From: Minisyncoccota bacterium | GTDB lineage: Bacteria; Patescibacteriota; Minisyncoccia; UBA6257; Colwellbacteraceae | NCBI GenBank assembly: GCA_036517755.1 | Contig: DATDUH010000010.1 | Coordinates: 1 to 33,701 of the forward strand | Reading direction: 5' to 3' | DNA: 33,701 bases | Shown: positions 5,063 to 13,140 of the stretch, one piece after another | Layout of the letters: each line of letters starts with the position of its first letter | Position numbering within the stretch: the stretch's first letter is position 1 | Notes under the pieces: generated by a model | The model's database searches: none | What the model was told of the DNA's origin: nothing | The model's input: the letters and a program-made list of their open reading frames with translations, nothing else | Position numbers and translations under genes: made by a program

Positions 5063-7186
5063 ATGTTTTTAAAGCGGCTCGAACTTCAAGGATTTAAATC
5101 TTTTGCCGATAAGGTCAGTCTCGATTTAACAAGCGGCGTGACGGCTATTGTCGGTCCTAATGGATCGGGTAAATCGAATATTATTGACGGTGTCAGATGG
5201 CTTTTGGGCGAAAGGGATGCGAGACAACTAAGGGGCGGCCGAAGTGAGGATTTAATTTTTGCCGGCACTGAAAAAAGGCCGCGCGTCGGCTTGGCCCAGG
5301 CGTCATTTGTCTTTGATAACGGTTCCGGAGTTTTCCCGCTTGATTTCAAGGAGGTGGTTATTTCGCGCCGCTTGGGCCGGGACGGCGATACCCACTTTTT
5401 CCTTAACAAAAGCGAGGTCAGGTTGAAGGACATTGCCGAGCTTCTGGCGAAAATCAAAGTTGGTCCTCGGGGTCTCGCTGTCGTCAATCAAGGGGAGAGC
5501 GATATTTTTGTGAAAGCCAGCCCACTAGAACGGCGGACGATGATCGAGGAAATCTTGGGATTGAAAGAGTATGAGATCAAAAAAGAAGAGGCTGGCCGCC
5601 GGCTTGAAAATGCCTTTGCTAATCTAGAGAAACTCAAACTTTCCCTTGAAGAGATAAAGCCCCACCTCCGCTTTTTAAAAAAACAGGTCTCGCGTTACGA
5701 GAGTCGGGAAAAATTCGCCGAAGAGTTGAGGCGGCTCGAGAATAATTTTTATGGCCGGCGGTTAGGGGCGATTAAAAAAGGTGAAAAAGAATTAGCGAGC
5801 CGAGAGGCCAAGCTAAAGGAGCAAATTACTCGCCAAGAAAAAGTTTTTACTGAAGCTGAAGTAGAAATGAAAAAAATTGGTGAGCCGGAAACAGAGACAA
5901 ACACCGTTCTAAAGGAGCTTCAGGCGGAAAGGAACTCGATTCTTAGCGAACGCGAGAAACTACAAAAAGAGCTGGGTCGCTTCGAAGTCAGGCTTGAGCT
6001 CGAAGCAAAATCCGGCGGGGGCGAGACTGATTTCCCAAGGATTATTAATGAGGTTAGGCGAGTTGCGAAAAATCTGCTTGAGGAAAATGATCCGGCTAAA
6101 CTAAAAAGCGGGTTGCAGGAGATTTTAAATCTGCTTGAAAACAAAGGGGATTTACCAGAGAAAGCCGATAAAGAGATTGTCGCAGAAATCGAATCAATCA
6201 CTAAAAATTTAAAGAATCTAGATCAGGCTCTTGAGGAGGTTATCCATGAAGAAGAAAAGGCAAGAGGAACAATTATCAGTTTTAACGAGCGTTTTAAATC
6301 AGCTTACGCCCTGGTTGAGTCAGAGCGGAAAAAACTTGAAGCCTTAAAAGAAGAAGAAAATCATTTGGTAATCGAGCGGGAGCGGTTGGTCTCAAGGCAA
6401 ACCGCACTTCACGAGGAATTAGCTCAGATCGGTCGGGATCTTCAATCCCTGCGAGTTGATAGATCCGAGGCCAGCGAACCTATGAACGAGGAGCAGGTTC
6501 TTAAATTGATGCTTAAGCTCCGAGGGGAGCTCGCAAGTATTGGCGAGGTTGACGAGGCCTTAATCGAAGAGGCCAAAGAAACTGAAGAAAGATATAATTT
6601 TCTTTCAGCTGAATCGGTTGATCTCGAGCGAGCAATGGCGGATCTTAAAAAACTAATTAGGGATCTTGAAGAAAAAATTAATAAGGAATTTAATTTGGCG
6701 ATTAAATTAATTAATCAGGAATTTAATAAGTTAGTGAGTTTAATGTTCGGCGGCGGAAAGGCAAGGCTTACTGTCGAGAGCCCTAAAGAGATTAAAGTGG
6801 AAGGCGAAGAGGGAACGGAAGAGCCAAAATCAGAGGAAGCAGTTTCCGTGATTCCTGGAGTGGAAATTGATCTTTCTCTGCCTCGAAAAAGAATTAAAGG
6901 ATTAGATATGCTCTCAGGCGGAGAACGGAGCTTGGTTTCAATCGCTGCGCTTTTCGCCTTAATTTCCGTAAGTTCGCCGCCGTTCTTGGTGCTTGATGAA
7001 ATTGATGTAGCGCTTGATGAGAAAAACGCCAAGCGGTTCGGCGAAATGCTAAAAGATTTATCAGGCAGAACTCAATTTATTGTAGTCACTCATAACCGGG
7101 CCACAATGGAAGTAGCTGATGTGCTCTATGGCGTTACCATGGCCCCGGACGGCACCTCAAAATTAGTTTCGTTAAAGTTAGCGTAG
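5063..7186 (+). CDS. smc: SMC-family chromosome segregation ATPase, unusually short (707 aa)
   Basis: The N-terminal head has MFLKRLELQGFKSFADK...GPNGSGKSNIIDGVRWLLGE. The C-terminal head has LSGGERSLVSIAALFALI...FLVLDEIDVALD...QFIVVTHNRATMEVADVLYGVTM. The middle is heptad-like and K/E-rich. Confidence 0.85.
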   Translation: MFLKRLELQGFKSFADKVSLDLTSGVTAIVGPNGSGKSNIIDGVRWLLGERDARQLRGGRSEDLIFAGTEKRPRVGLAQASFVFDNGSGVFPLDFKEVVISRRLGRDGDTHFFLNKSEVRLKDIAELLAKIKVGPRGLAVVNQGESDIFVKASPLERRTMIEEILGLKEYEIKKEEAGRRLENAFANLEKLKLSLEEIKPHLRFLKKQVSRYESREKFAEELRRLENNFYGRRLGAIKKGEKELASREAKLKEQITRQEKVFTEAEVEMKKIGEPETETNTVLKELQAERNSILSEREKLQKELGRFEVRLELEAKSGGGETDFPRIINEVRRVAKNLLEENDPAKLKSGLQEILNLLENKGDLPEKADKEIVAEIESITKNLKNLDQALEEVIHEEEKARGTIISFNERFKSAYALVESERKKLEALKEEENHLVIERERLVSRQTALHEELAQIGRDLQSLRVDRSEASEPMNEEQVLKLMLKLRGELASIGEVDEALIEEAKETEERYNFLSAESVDLERAMADLKKLIRDLEEKINKEFNLAIKLINQEFNKLVSLMFGGGKARLTVESPKEIKVEGEEGTEEPKSEEAVSVIPGVEIDLSLPRKRIKGLDMLSGGERSLVSIAALFALISVSSPPFLVLDEIDVALDEKNAKRFGEMLKDLSGRTQFIVVTHNRATMEVADVLYGVTMAPDGTSKLVSLKLA

Positions 7187-7192
7187 ATTTTA

Positions 7193-7220
7193 TTGACACT
7201 TGTCTTCGGTCTGGTATTAT
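7193..7220 (+). promoter_or_regulatory. Promoter for rpsP: -35 TTGACA (7193-7198), 16-nt spacer, -10 TATTAT (7215-7220)
   Basis: Near-consensus hexamers. The -10 ends 7 nt before the GTG start at 7228. Confidence 0.5.
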
Positions 7221-7227
7221 CTTATTC

Positions 7228-7476
7228 GTGCTTTCAATTAAACTAAAAATGGTTGGCCGGAAGAATCAACGTTCTTTTCGGGTGATTGTTCAAGAGGCGA
7301 AGAGCAAACTGCGGGGCAAGTTCGTGGAGGATTTGGGCTGGTATAACCCTCACTCCAATACGGTGGAAGTTAAACGTGAGCGCGTGTTATACTGGTTGGG
7401 AGTCGGGGCCCAACCGAGCGAAACGGTTAAGCAAATTTTGAAAAAGTTAAAGGTTGACTGGAAAGGTCGAAAGTAG
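7228..7476 (+). CDS. rpsP: 30S ribosomal protein S16
   Basis: GTG start. (M)LSIKLKMVGRKNQRSFRVIVQEAKSKLRGKFVEDLGWYNP matches the S16 N-terminal pattern. Confidence 0.9.
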   Translation: MLSIKLKMVGRKNQRSFRVIVQEAKSKLRGKFVEDLGWYNPHSNTVEVKRERVLYWLGVGAQPSETVKQILKKLKVDWKGRK

Positions 7477-7488
7477 AGACTCAAGGGA

Positions 7489-7824
7489 ATGAACGATCAG
7501 ACTGATAGGGAATTTCTCGAGTTCGTGGTGAAGTCGATAGTTGATCACCCCGAAGATGTTAAGGTTGATCGACGGATAGACGAGCTGGGTGTGCTTCTCG
7601 TCTTAAAGGTAAACCGGCAGGATATGGGTCAGGTAGTTGGCCGCGAGGGGAGTACGGCTAAAGCCATTCGTTCTCTGCTCCGAATTGTGGGGGTGAAGAA
7701 TAACGCCCGGGTTAATCTGAAGATTGAAGAGCCCGAGGGCGGTCGAAGAACTGGGGGGAGGCCCGAAATAGGAGAAGGTGAAAAACCGGTCGAGAAAGTC
7801 ATCGACGAGATTAAAGATCTCTAA
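7489..7824 (+). CDS. KH-domain RNA-binding protein (YlqC/UPF0109-like)
   Basis: Has a GxxG-type KH core (MGQVVGREGSTAKAIRSLL). The position between rpsP and trmD is conserved. Confidence 0.8.
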   Translation: MNDQTDREFLEFVVKSIVDHPEDVKVDRRIDELGVLLVLKVNRQDMGQVVGREGSTAKAIRSLLRIVGVKNNARVNLKIEEPEGGRRTGGRPEIGEGEKPVEKVIDEIKDL

Positions 7825-7844
7825 CTCGAAAACGCGGAAATCAG

Positions 7845-7870
7845 AAAGGGCCCTCGAGAGGGCTCTTTTT
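7845..7870 (+). terminator. Intrinsic terminator after the KH-protein gene
   Basis: aaagggccct / agggctcttt stem around a cgag loop, followed by a T run. Confidence 0.55.
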
Positions 7871-7878
7871 GTAGAGAA

Positions 7879-8535
7879 ATGACATTCCATATCATCACCC
7901 TTTTCCCCGAAACGATTAAGCCCTACCTCGACGAATCCGTGGTGGGGATCGCCCAGAAGCGGGGAGTGGTTAAGGTAAAATTTTATAGTCCCCGGGATTA
8001 TTCTCGGGACAAGCATAGAACCGTTGACGACCGGTCTTATGGCGGCGGGCCGGGGATGGTTATTCAGCTTGGGCCGGTAGTAAAAGCGGTTCAAGCCATA
8101 AAGTCGAAGATTAGAAACCAGAAATTGAAAATAATTCTTTTTACGCCGGCTGGGAAACAGTTCGATAACAAATATGCCGCCGCCTTAGCCAAAGACTATA
8201 AACACTTAATTCTTATCGCCGGCCGGTATGAAGGAGTTGATGCGAGATTGAAGAAGATATTTAAACCGGAAGAAATTTCCATCGGTCCCTATGTTTTAAC
8301 AGGCGGGGAACTGGCGGCAGCCGTTCTTGTTGACGCGATCTCTAGACAACTTCCGGGCGTGCTCGGTAAGGCAGAATCACTCGAAGAGAAACGTTTAGGC
8401 GTGGGCGTGCCGGTTTATACTCGGCCCGAGATTTTTGTTTATAAAGGCAAGAAGTACCGGGTGCCGAAAGTCCTCGTTTCAGGCAATCATGCCGAAATAG
8501 AGAAGTGGCGGCGCGACCATAGAAAAAGTCTTTGA
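7879..8535 (+). CDS. trmD: tRNA (guanine37-N1)-methyltransferase
   Basis: 218 aa. MTFHIITLFPE..., GRYEGVDARL, and a C-terminal HAEIEKWRR pattern typical of TrmD. Confidence 0.9.
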   Translation: MTFHIITLFPETIKPYLDESVVGIAQKRGVVKVKFYSPRDYSRDKHRTVDDRSYGGGPGMVIQLGPVVKAVQAIKSKIRNQKLKIILFTPAGKQFDNKYAAALAKDYKHLILIAGRYEGVDARLKKIFKPEEISIGPYVLTGGELAAAVLVDAISRQLPGVLGKAESLEEKRLGVGVPVYTRPEIFVYKGKKYRVPKVLVSGNHAEIEKWRRDHRKSL

Positions 8536-8561
8536 CTTTTCTCTTTTTGTAATGTAATTTT

Positions 8562-9329
8562 TTGACTGTGAAAGAGGCATCAGAAACATTAGAACTGGAG
8601 AATGATCAAGGGGAATCCTCGATTGATCCTAAAGATGCGGCTCTTTTTGAAGAGATGATGAGGGCCGGTGTTTTCTATGGCCGCTCTAAATCAAGGACCA
8701 ACCCCTTAATGAAGAATTACATCCAGACCACGAGGGCGGGTTTTGAGGTGATTGACCTCGGCGAAACTATCGCCGGGCTAAAAACCGCGGCCGCAGTCGT
8801 CAAGGGAATAATCCAAAACAAGGGGTTAATTCTTATGGTTGGCACGAGCCCGGCAGTTAGATCAGCCATTAAGGAGTTAGCCCTCAAGTTCAACTTGCCT
8901 CACGTCACCGAGCGTTGGCTTGGCGGCACTCTCACCAATTTCAAGGTGATTAGCGGGAGAATTAATTTCTTCAAGAAGCTAAAGGAGGCAGAAGTAAGCG
9001 GGGAGTGGGAGAAGTATTCTAAAAAAGAGAAAGTTAAGCTTTCGCGAGAGCTTGCCAAGCTCGAAAGACTTTTCGCTGGGATGTCGATCCTCGAACGGTT
9101 GCCCGCACTTGTTTTTATTGCTGATTTAACCGCAAACGGAATAGCCGCGAGAGAAGCGAAACGCAAGGGGATTCCGGTAGTGGCCTTCGTCAATACCGAC
9201 GCCGATCCCTCACTTGTTGATTATCCCATTCCGGCCAATGACCGTAATAGGAAGAGCGTTGAGCTCTTAATAAGAGGGCTTGATGAAGCCTTCACTATAG
9301 TTCCCCAAGAAGATGTTAAAGTCAGCTGA
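8562..9329 (+). CDS. rpsB: 30S ribosomal protein S2 (start codon uncertain; TTG 8562 per the track)
   Basis: Conserved core MMRAGVFYGRSKSRTNPLM..., ERWLGGTLTNF, IPVVAFVNTDADP. The N-terminal ~30 aa are not conserved, so the true start may be later. Confidence 0.85.
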   Translation: MTVKEASETLELENDQGESSIDPKDAALFEEMMRAGVFYGRSKSRTNPLMKNYIQTTRAGFEVIDLGETIAGLKTAAAVVKGIIQNKGLILMVGTSPAVRSAIKELALKFNLPHVTERWLGGTLTNFKVISGRINFFKKLKEAEVSGEWEKYSKKEKVKLSRELAKLERLFAGMSILERLPALVFIADLTANGIAAREAKRKGIPVVAFVNTDADPSLVDYPIPANDRNRKSVELLIRGLDEAFTIVPQEDVKVS

Positions 9330-9759
9330 CATTCAAGCGTTAAGAACCCAGACTGGAGCGGGGGTGGTGGATTGTAAGCATGCCTTGGAGGAAGCCGGGG
9401 GTAATGTCGATGAGGCGATTAAGATTTTGAAAGAGAGGGGGTTGGCTCGAGCCGCCTCGAGAGCCGAGCACGAGGCCGAAGCCGGTGTTATTGACGCCTA
9501 TATTCATCAGGATAAAATCGGTGTTTTGTTCGAGCTCAATTGCGAAACTGATTTTGTGGCCAGAACCAGTGAGTTTAAAGAATTAGCTCACAATCTTTCG
9601 ATGCAAATCGCGGCGATGAATCCCGAAAACGTTGAGGAATTTCTTGGGGGCAACTATATTAAAGATGAGACAAAAACCGTCGCCGATCTGATTAACGATG
9701 TTATTGCGAAAACCGGCGAGAATATTAAAATCGGAAGATTTATAAGATACGAGTTATGA
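9313..9759 (+). CDS. tsf: Elongation factor Ts, short form (148 aa)
   Basis: N-terminal UBA-like motif LRTQTGAGVVDCKHALEEAGGNVDEAIKILKERG, then ETDFVART. It overlaps the rpsB end by 17 nt. Confidence 0.85.
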   Translation: MLKSADIQALRTQTGAGVVDCKHALEEAGGNVDEAIKILKERGLARAASRAEHEAEAGVIDAYIHQDKIGVLFELNCETDFVARTSEFKELAHNLSMQIAAMNPENVEEFLGGNYIKDETKTVADLINDVIAKTGENIKIGRFIRYEL

Positions 9760-10010
9760 TTGATCTTTTTCTCGAACTGGCTTTAATGGTTTCCTTGGGC
9801 GTGATCGTCTATTTAATGGCGGTGGCTGTGCCTCGGGTAGGCGAAGAGGAGTCGGGCTCGACCAAAAGGAACGGTCGGACTAATAACTTGCCCCTTGAGG
9901 ATTTCGATGCTCTCCTGAAGAACCTAAGGGATAAGCTGTTGCGCCGGACCAAAATCGTGATAATGAAAATCGATAATTTCTTGAGCCGGAAGTTGAAGCG
10001 CGAAGAATAA
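9756..10010 (+). CDS. Hypothetical small membrane protein (84 aa)
   Basis: One N-terminal hydrophobic helix followed by a basic tail. 4-nt ATGA overlap with tsf. Confidence 0.5.
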   Translation: MIDLFLELALMVSLGVIVYLMAVAVPRVGEEESGSTKRNGRTNNLPLEDFDALLKNLRDKLLRRTKIVIMKIDNFLSRKLKREE

Positions 10011-10029
10011 TCGCTATAATAACGGAGGC

Positions 10030-10114
10030 GCGCAGGTGGTAGAGCGGTCAATTACACGAGACTGTAAATCTCGCGCCCTGACGGGCTACGGGGGTTCGAA
10101 TCCCTCCCTGCGCA
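10030..10114 (+). tRNA. tRNA-Tyr (anticodon GTA), type II with a long variable arm
   Basis: Hand-folded: acceptor gcgcagg/cctgcgc, anticodon stem cgaga/tctcg, loop ctGTAaa, variable stem gccc/gggc, T loop ttcgaat. Confidence 0.85.
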
Positions 10115-10121
10115 CCGGCTT

Positions 10122-10193
10122 GCCGTCCTAGCTCAACGGTAGAGCAACAGTTTTGTAAACTGTAGGTTCCGGGTTCAAGTCCCGGGGACGGCT
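10122..10193 (+). tRNA. tRNA-Thr (anticodon TGT)
   Basis: Acceptor gccgtcc/ggacggc, anticodon stem acagt/actgt, loop ttTGTaa, T arm ccggg-ttcaagt-cccgg. Confidence 0.85.
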
Positions 10194-10200
10194 CACTCGC

Positions 10201-10272
10201 GCCGGAGTAGTTCAGTGGCAGAACGCATTCTTGGTAAGAATGAGGCCGAGGGTCCGATTCCCTCCTCCGGCT
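10201..10272 (+). tRNA. tRNA-Thr (anticodon GGT)
   Basis: Acceptor gccggag/ctccggc, anticodon stem cattc/gaatg, loop ttGGTaa. The T loop reads tccgatt, which has C at the usually invariant U55 position. Confidence 0.8.
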
Positions 10273-10279
10273 CACAACG

Positions 10280-10456
10280 ATGGCTAAATCAATTTATTCG
10301 GAAAATTTAATCACTCTTCGATGTACCGTTTGCAAACGGAAGAATTACTATACCCGAAAAAATAAAAAGAAGGTGGAGAGGAAGTTAGAATACAAACGCT
10401 ACTGTAAGTGGTGCCGTAAGCATACCCCTCACAAAGAAGCCAAAACTAAGGGTTAA
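10280..10456 (+). CDS. rpmG: 50S ribosomal protein L33 (58 aa; below the ORF-track cutoff)
   Basis: MAKSIYSENLITLRCTVCKRKNYYTRKNKKKVERKLEYKRYCKWCRKHTPHKEAKTKG. L33 pattern with CxxC...CxxC and a K-rich core. Confidence 0.85.
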   Translation: MAKSIYSENLITLRCTVCKRKNYYTRKNKKKVERKLEYKRYCKWCRKHTPHKEAKTKG

Positions 10457-10460
10457 TTCC

Positions 10461-11093
10461 ATGCGCTTCCGGGATAGGACAGAGGCTGGTCGGCTCTTGG
10501 CCGAACTCCTCCGGCATTACGAAGGGAAAGAAGTAGTTGTTTATGCTCTGCCTCGCGGCGGTGTTGTCCTGGGATTTGAAATTGCCAAGCGCCTTCAGGC
10601 GCCGCTCGATCTTGTTATTACCCGGAAAATCGGCCACCCCTTCAATCCTGAATACGCTATTTGTGCCGTGGCTGAAGACGGTCACCTGGTTTGTAATGAA
10701 GCCGAGCGGGCCGGGGTTGATCCCGAATGGTTTAGAAAAGAAGTGGAGAAAGAAAAAGAAGAAGCCAAAAGGAGACGCGAGGCTTATCTAGGGAAAAGAG
10801 AAACGCCTGCGGCTCGAGGGAAAACAGCCATTATTGTTGATGATGGAATAGCCACTGGCCTTACTTTAAAATTAGCTATTCAAGAACTAAAACATAAAGA
10901 GCCGGTAAAAATCGTGGTGGCAGTGCCGGTAGCGCCTCGGGATGTAGCCGAAGAAATCCGAAAAGAGGTTGACGAGTTCGTGGCCCTTGATATCCCGACG
11001 GCCTATTTAGGCGCAGTTGGCGCTTATTACGATTATTTCCCCCAAGTAAGCGACGAAGAGGTGGTAGAAATGCTCGAGGAACCCGGGCATTGA
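10461..11093 (+). CDS. Phosphoribosyltransferase-family protein
   Basis: 210 aa. PRPP-binding motif TAIIVDDGIATGLT and an N-terminal FRDRTEAGRLLA pattern typical of COG1926-type putative PRTases. Confidence 0.65.
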   Translation: MRFRDRTEAGRLLAELLRHYEGKEVVVYALPRGGVVLGFEIAKRLQAPLDLVITRKIGHPFNPEYAICAVAEDGHLVCNEAERAGVDPEWFRKEVEKEKEEAKRRREAYLGKRETPAARGKTAIIVDDGIATGLTLKLAIQELKHKEPVKIVVAVPVAPRDVAEEIRKEVDEFVALDIPTAYLGAVGAYYDYFPQVSDEEVVEMLEEPGH

Positions 11094-11112
11094 CATATTG
11101 TTTCCACCCACC

Positions 11113-11141
11113 TTGACTCGGCGAGGCAGGTCCTTTATTAT
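11113..11141 (+). promoter_or_regulatory. Promoter for rplJ-rplL: -35 TTGACT (11113-11118), 17-nt spacer, -10 TATTAT (11136-11141)
   Basis: Motifs read directly. The -35 and spacer lie inside the 20-nt repeat that recurs, inverted, at 18222-18241. Confidence 0.5.
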
Positions 11142-11238
11142 TGATCAGTAATCCGCAGACCGCAGGTATCCTGAAAAGGAATAAACTCGCCTGCCGAGGA
11201 TGATAACTTTTAGCTGCGGACTGGACGCAGTTTTTTTT
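11142..11238 (+). promoter_or_regulatory. rplJ 5' leader with an attenuator-like hairpin and T8 run (possible L10 leader)
   Basis: ~97-nt untranslated leader. Hairpin ctgcg-gactgga-cgcag (11214-11230) is followed directly by tttttttt and then the ATG. L10 operons are commonly autoregulated through such leaders (established knowledge). The fold was not verified. Confidence 0.4.
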
Positions 11239-11751
11239 ATGCCTATCACTAGAGCGAAAAAAGAAGAAATTTTCAGCGAGGGGAGTGAAAAAATTAGTCA
11301 ATCCCGGTTTTTGATTTTTGCCGATTTCCAAGGAGTGGGGGTCAGCGAACTCCAGCAGTTAAGAAGGACCCTGGCTGAAGTCGGCGCTAACTTTAAAGTC
11401 ATCAAAAAACGGATTTTAAGGCTTGTTCTTCGTGAGAGGTGATTTGATTTTGATCCAGTCAAGTTTAAGGGACAGGTGGGCACTGTTTTTGGGACCGATG
11501 AATTAGAGAAGATTATTGCTCCGGTTTATCATTTTTTGGAGGATAACGAGAGGTTCAAAATCTTGGGTGGTCTAGATTTAACTAGCAAAGAGGAGCTGTC
11601 AGCTGAAAAAATTATCGCCATTGGCAAGTTGCCCTCAAGGGGAGTGTTATTGGCCCAGCTCATGGGCGTGATGATTGCCCCGGTTCAGAAGTTAATGTAT
11701 GTACTGGATATTTTGAGTAAAAGGTCGGAATCACCCGCCTCGCCTCGATAA
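11239..11751 (+). CDS. rplJ: 50S ribosomal protein L10, interrupted by one in-frame TGA at 11440-11442
   Basis: Track ORFs 11200..11442 and 11476..11751 are in the same frame (offset 276 nt). The joined product is MPITRAKKEEIF...FKVIKKRILRLVLRER*FDFDPVKFKGQVGTVFG...KLPSRGVLLAQLMGVMIAPVQKL. It aligns as one continuous ~170-aa L10. Confidence 0.75.
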
Positions 11752-11787
11752 GTTCTGCGAGTCGAAGCCGGGTAATTTGTTTAGATT

Positions 11788-12153
11788 ATGGAAAAAGAAA
11801 AATTTATTGAAGAAGTCGGGAAAATGTCGGCAGTCGAGCTCGCCGAATTAGTGAAAGCAATGGAGGAAAAATTCGGTGTTTCCGCCGCGATGCCGGTGGC
11901 TGGTGCGGCTGAGGGACAAGCGGCTGAGGTCGCTGAAGAAAAAACCTCTTTTACGGTTATGCTTACTTCAGCTGGTGAGCAAAAAATCAATGTCATTAAA
12001 GCGGTTCGGGAAATAACCGGCTTGGGCTTAAAAGAATCTAAAGACCTAGTTGAGGGAGCGCCTCAAAAAGTTAAAGAGGGATTAAAGAAAGAAGAGGCCG
12101 AAGAGGCCAAGAGCAAACTAGAGGAAGCTGGCGCTACGGTAGAACTTCAATAG
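11788..12153 (+). CDS. rplL: 50S ribosomal protein L7/L12
   Basis: 121 aa with an Ala-rich hinge and C-terminal [27 protein letters not shown]...[16 protein letters not shown]. Confidence 0.95.
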   Translation: MEKEKFIEEVGKMSAVELAELVKAMEEKFGVSAAMPVAGAAEGQAAEVAEEKTSFTVMLTSAGEQKINVIKAVREITGLGLKESKDLVEGAPQKVKEGLKKEEAEEAKSKLEEAGATVELQ

Positions 12154-12158
12154 ACGAA

Positions 12159-12186
12159 AGAGTGCCTTTTTAGGGGCGCTCTTTTG
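12159..12186 (+). terminator. Intrinsic terminator after rplL
   Basis: agagtgcc / ggcgctct stem (one G-T pair) followed by ttttgattt. Confidence 0.55.
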
Positions 12187-12203
12187 ATTTATAGTAATGC
12201 CAC

Positions 12204-12278
12204 GGGCAATTAGCTCAGTGGTAGAGCGTTCGGTTCACATCCGAAAGGCCGCTGGTTCGATTCCAGCATTGCCCACCA
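12204..12278 (+). tRNA. tRNA-Val (anticodon CAC), CCA encoded
   Basis: Acceptor gggcaat/attgccc, anticodon stem ttcgg/ccgaa, loop ttCACat, T loop ttcgatt, 3' acca. Confidence 0.85.
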
Positions 12279-12318
12279 TAATCCATTAAAAGGTCGACGA
12301 AGTATAGGCCAATAAAGA

Positions 12319-12927
12319 ATGAGCAAAAAAGTTTTAGCTATTAGTCTCTCTGCCCTTTTAGTCATTTCGTCTTTGTTTTTGGGTGGTTTTATTTTGGCTT
12401 ATCAGGCCGATGCCGACACAGACAATGATGACGAAATGGCCGAGGAAGAAGAACTGAATGATGAGGAAGACGAGGAATTAGAAGACGAAGATGTGGAAGA
12501 CGAGGAAGACGAGGATGAGGACGAAGATGATGAGGTGGAGGACATCACCGAGGTTGAACTCGATGATATCCCCCTTCGTTTCGGCAAGTTTGAGTTGGGG
12601 GGTACGGTGACGGCAACCAACACTGCCAATTCTACGATTACCGTTAATGGCCTCTCGGTGAACGTGGCTGGAGCGAATATCCACCGGGGGAACGAAACAA
12701 GCCTTAGCTCGGTGCTCGTGGGAGACAGGGTTCGGATGAGCGGTCGAGTAGAAGACGGCGCGCTTAAAGCCGAGAGGGTGATCGCGTTAAAGTCTCCTCA
12801 CTCTGGTCCAGGCGGAGGCGGTCTGCTTGAAGCTCTAAGAGAGGAAATCCGGGAACAAATTCGGAACATTCTCGAACAGATCGAGGATTTGAGGGAGCGG
12901 CTTAAAGCGCAACAGGGCGAAAGTTAG
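12319..12927 (+). CDS. Hypothetical secreted protein with a signal peptide, a ~50-aa D/E tract and a beta-rich domain (possibly DUF5666-like)
   Basis: N-terminal MSKKVLAISLSALLVISSLFLGGFILA looks like a signal peptide or anchor. It is followed by DADTDNDDEMAEEEELNDEEDEELEDEDVEDEEDEDEDEDDEVED, then GTVTATNTANSTITVNGLSVNV...GDRVRMSGRVEDGALKAERV. The family call is tentative. Confidence 0.6.
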   Translation: MSKKVLAISLSALLVISSLFLGGFILAYQADADTDNDDEMAEEEELNDEEDEELEDEDVEDEEDEDEDEDDEVEDITEVELDDIPLRFGKFELGGTVTATNTANSTITVNGLSVNVAGANIHRGNETSLSSVLVGDRVRMSGRVEDGALKAERVIALKSPHSGPGGGGLLEALREEIREQIRNILEQIEDLRERLKAQQGES

Positions 12928-12971
12928 GAAGGTCTGACTTCCCAAGGTTTCTTAATTAGTAATATAGTTTA

Positions 12972-13003
12972 GAAAACGGGGCCTTAGCCCCGTTTTCTTT
13001 TTT
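12972..13003 (+). terminator. Intrinsic terminator
   Basis: gaaaacggggc-ctta-gccccgttttc perfect stem followed by tttttt. Confidence 0.8.
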
Positions 13004-13140
13004 AAAAGCAGGGAGTGGATAATGTGTTGATAAGTAAGGCGGATGAGTTTCTAATTTCGGCTCAAATAAATACTTTTCGTGTTTTTAATCGAAAAGAAAT
13101 TTCTTTGACTCAAGATCGGGTTGTGGCTTAAGATTACTTA

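Noticed and set aside
10048-10275. A 75-aa minus-strand ORF.
   Set aside because: It lies entirely antisense to the three tRNA genes and is an artefact of GC-rich tRNA sequence.
11440-11442. Genome-wide UGA reassignment (genetic code 4 or 25) as the explanation for the rplJ in-frame TGA.
   Set aside because: TGA ends at least eight well-conserved genes in this window at the expected C-termini (trmD, rpsB, tsf, dnaB, grpE and others).
12402-12684. Minus-strand Ser-rich ORFs (12402..12629 and 12478..12684).
   Set aside because: They are the antisense reading of the GAN-triplet D/E tract in the 12319-12927 gene.
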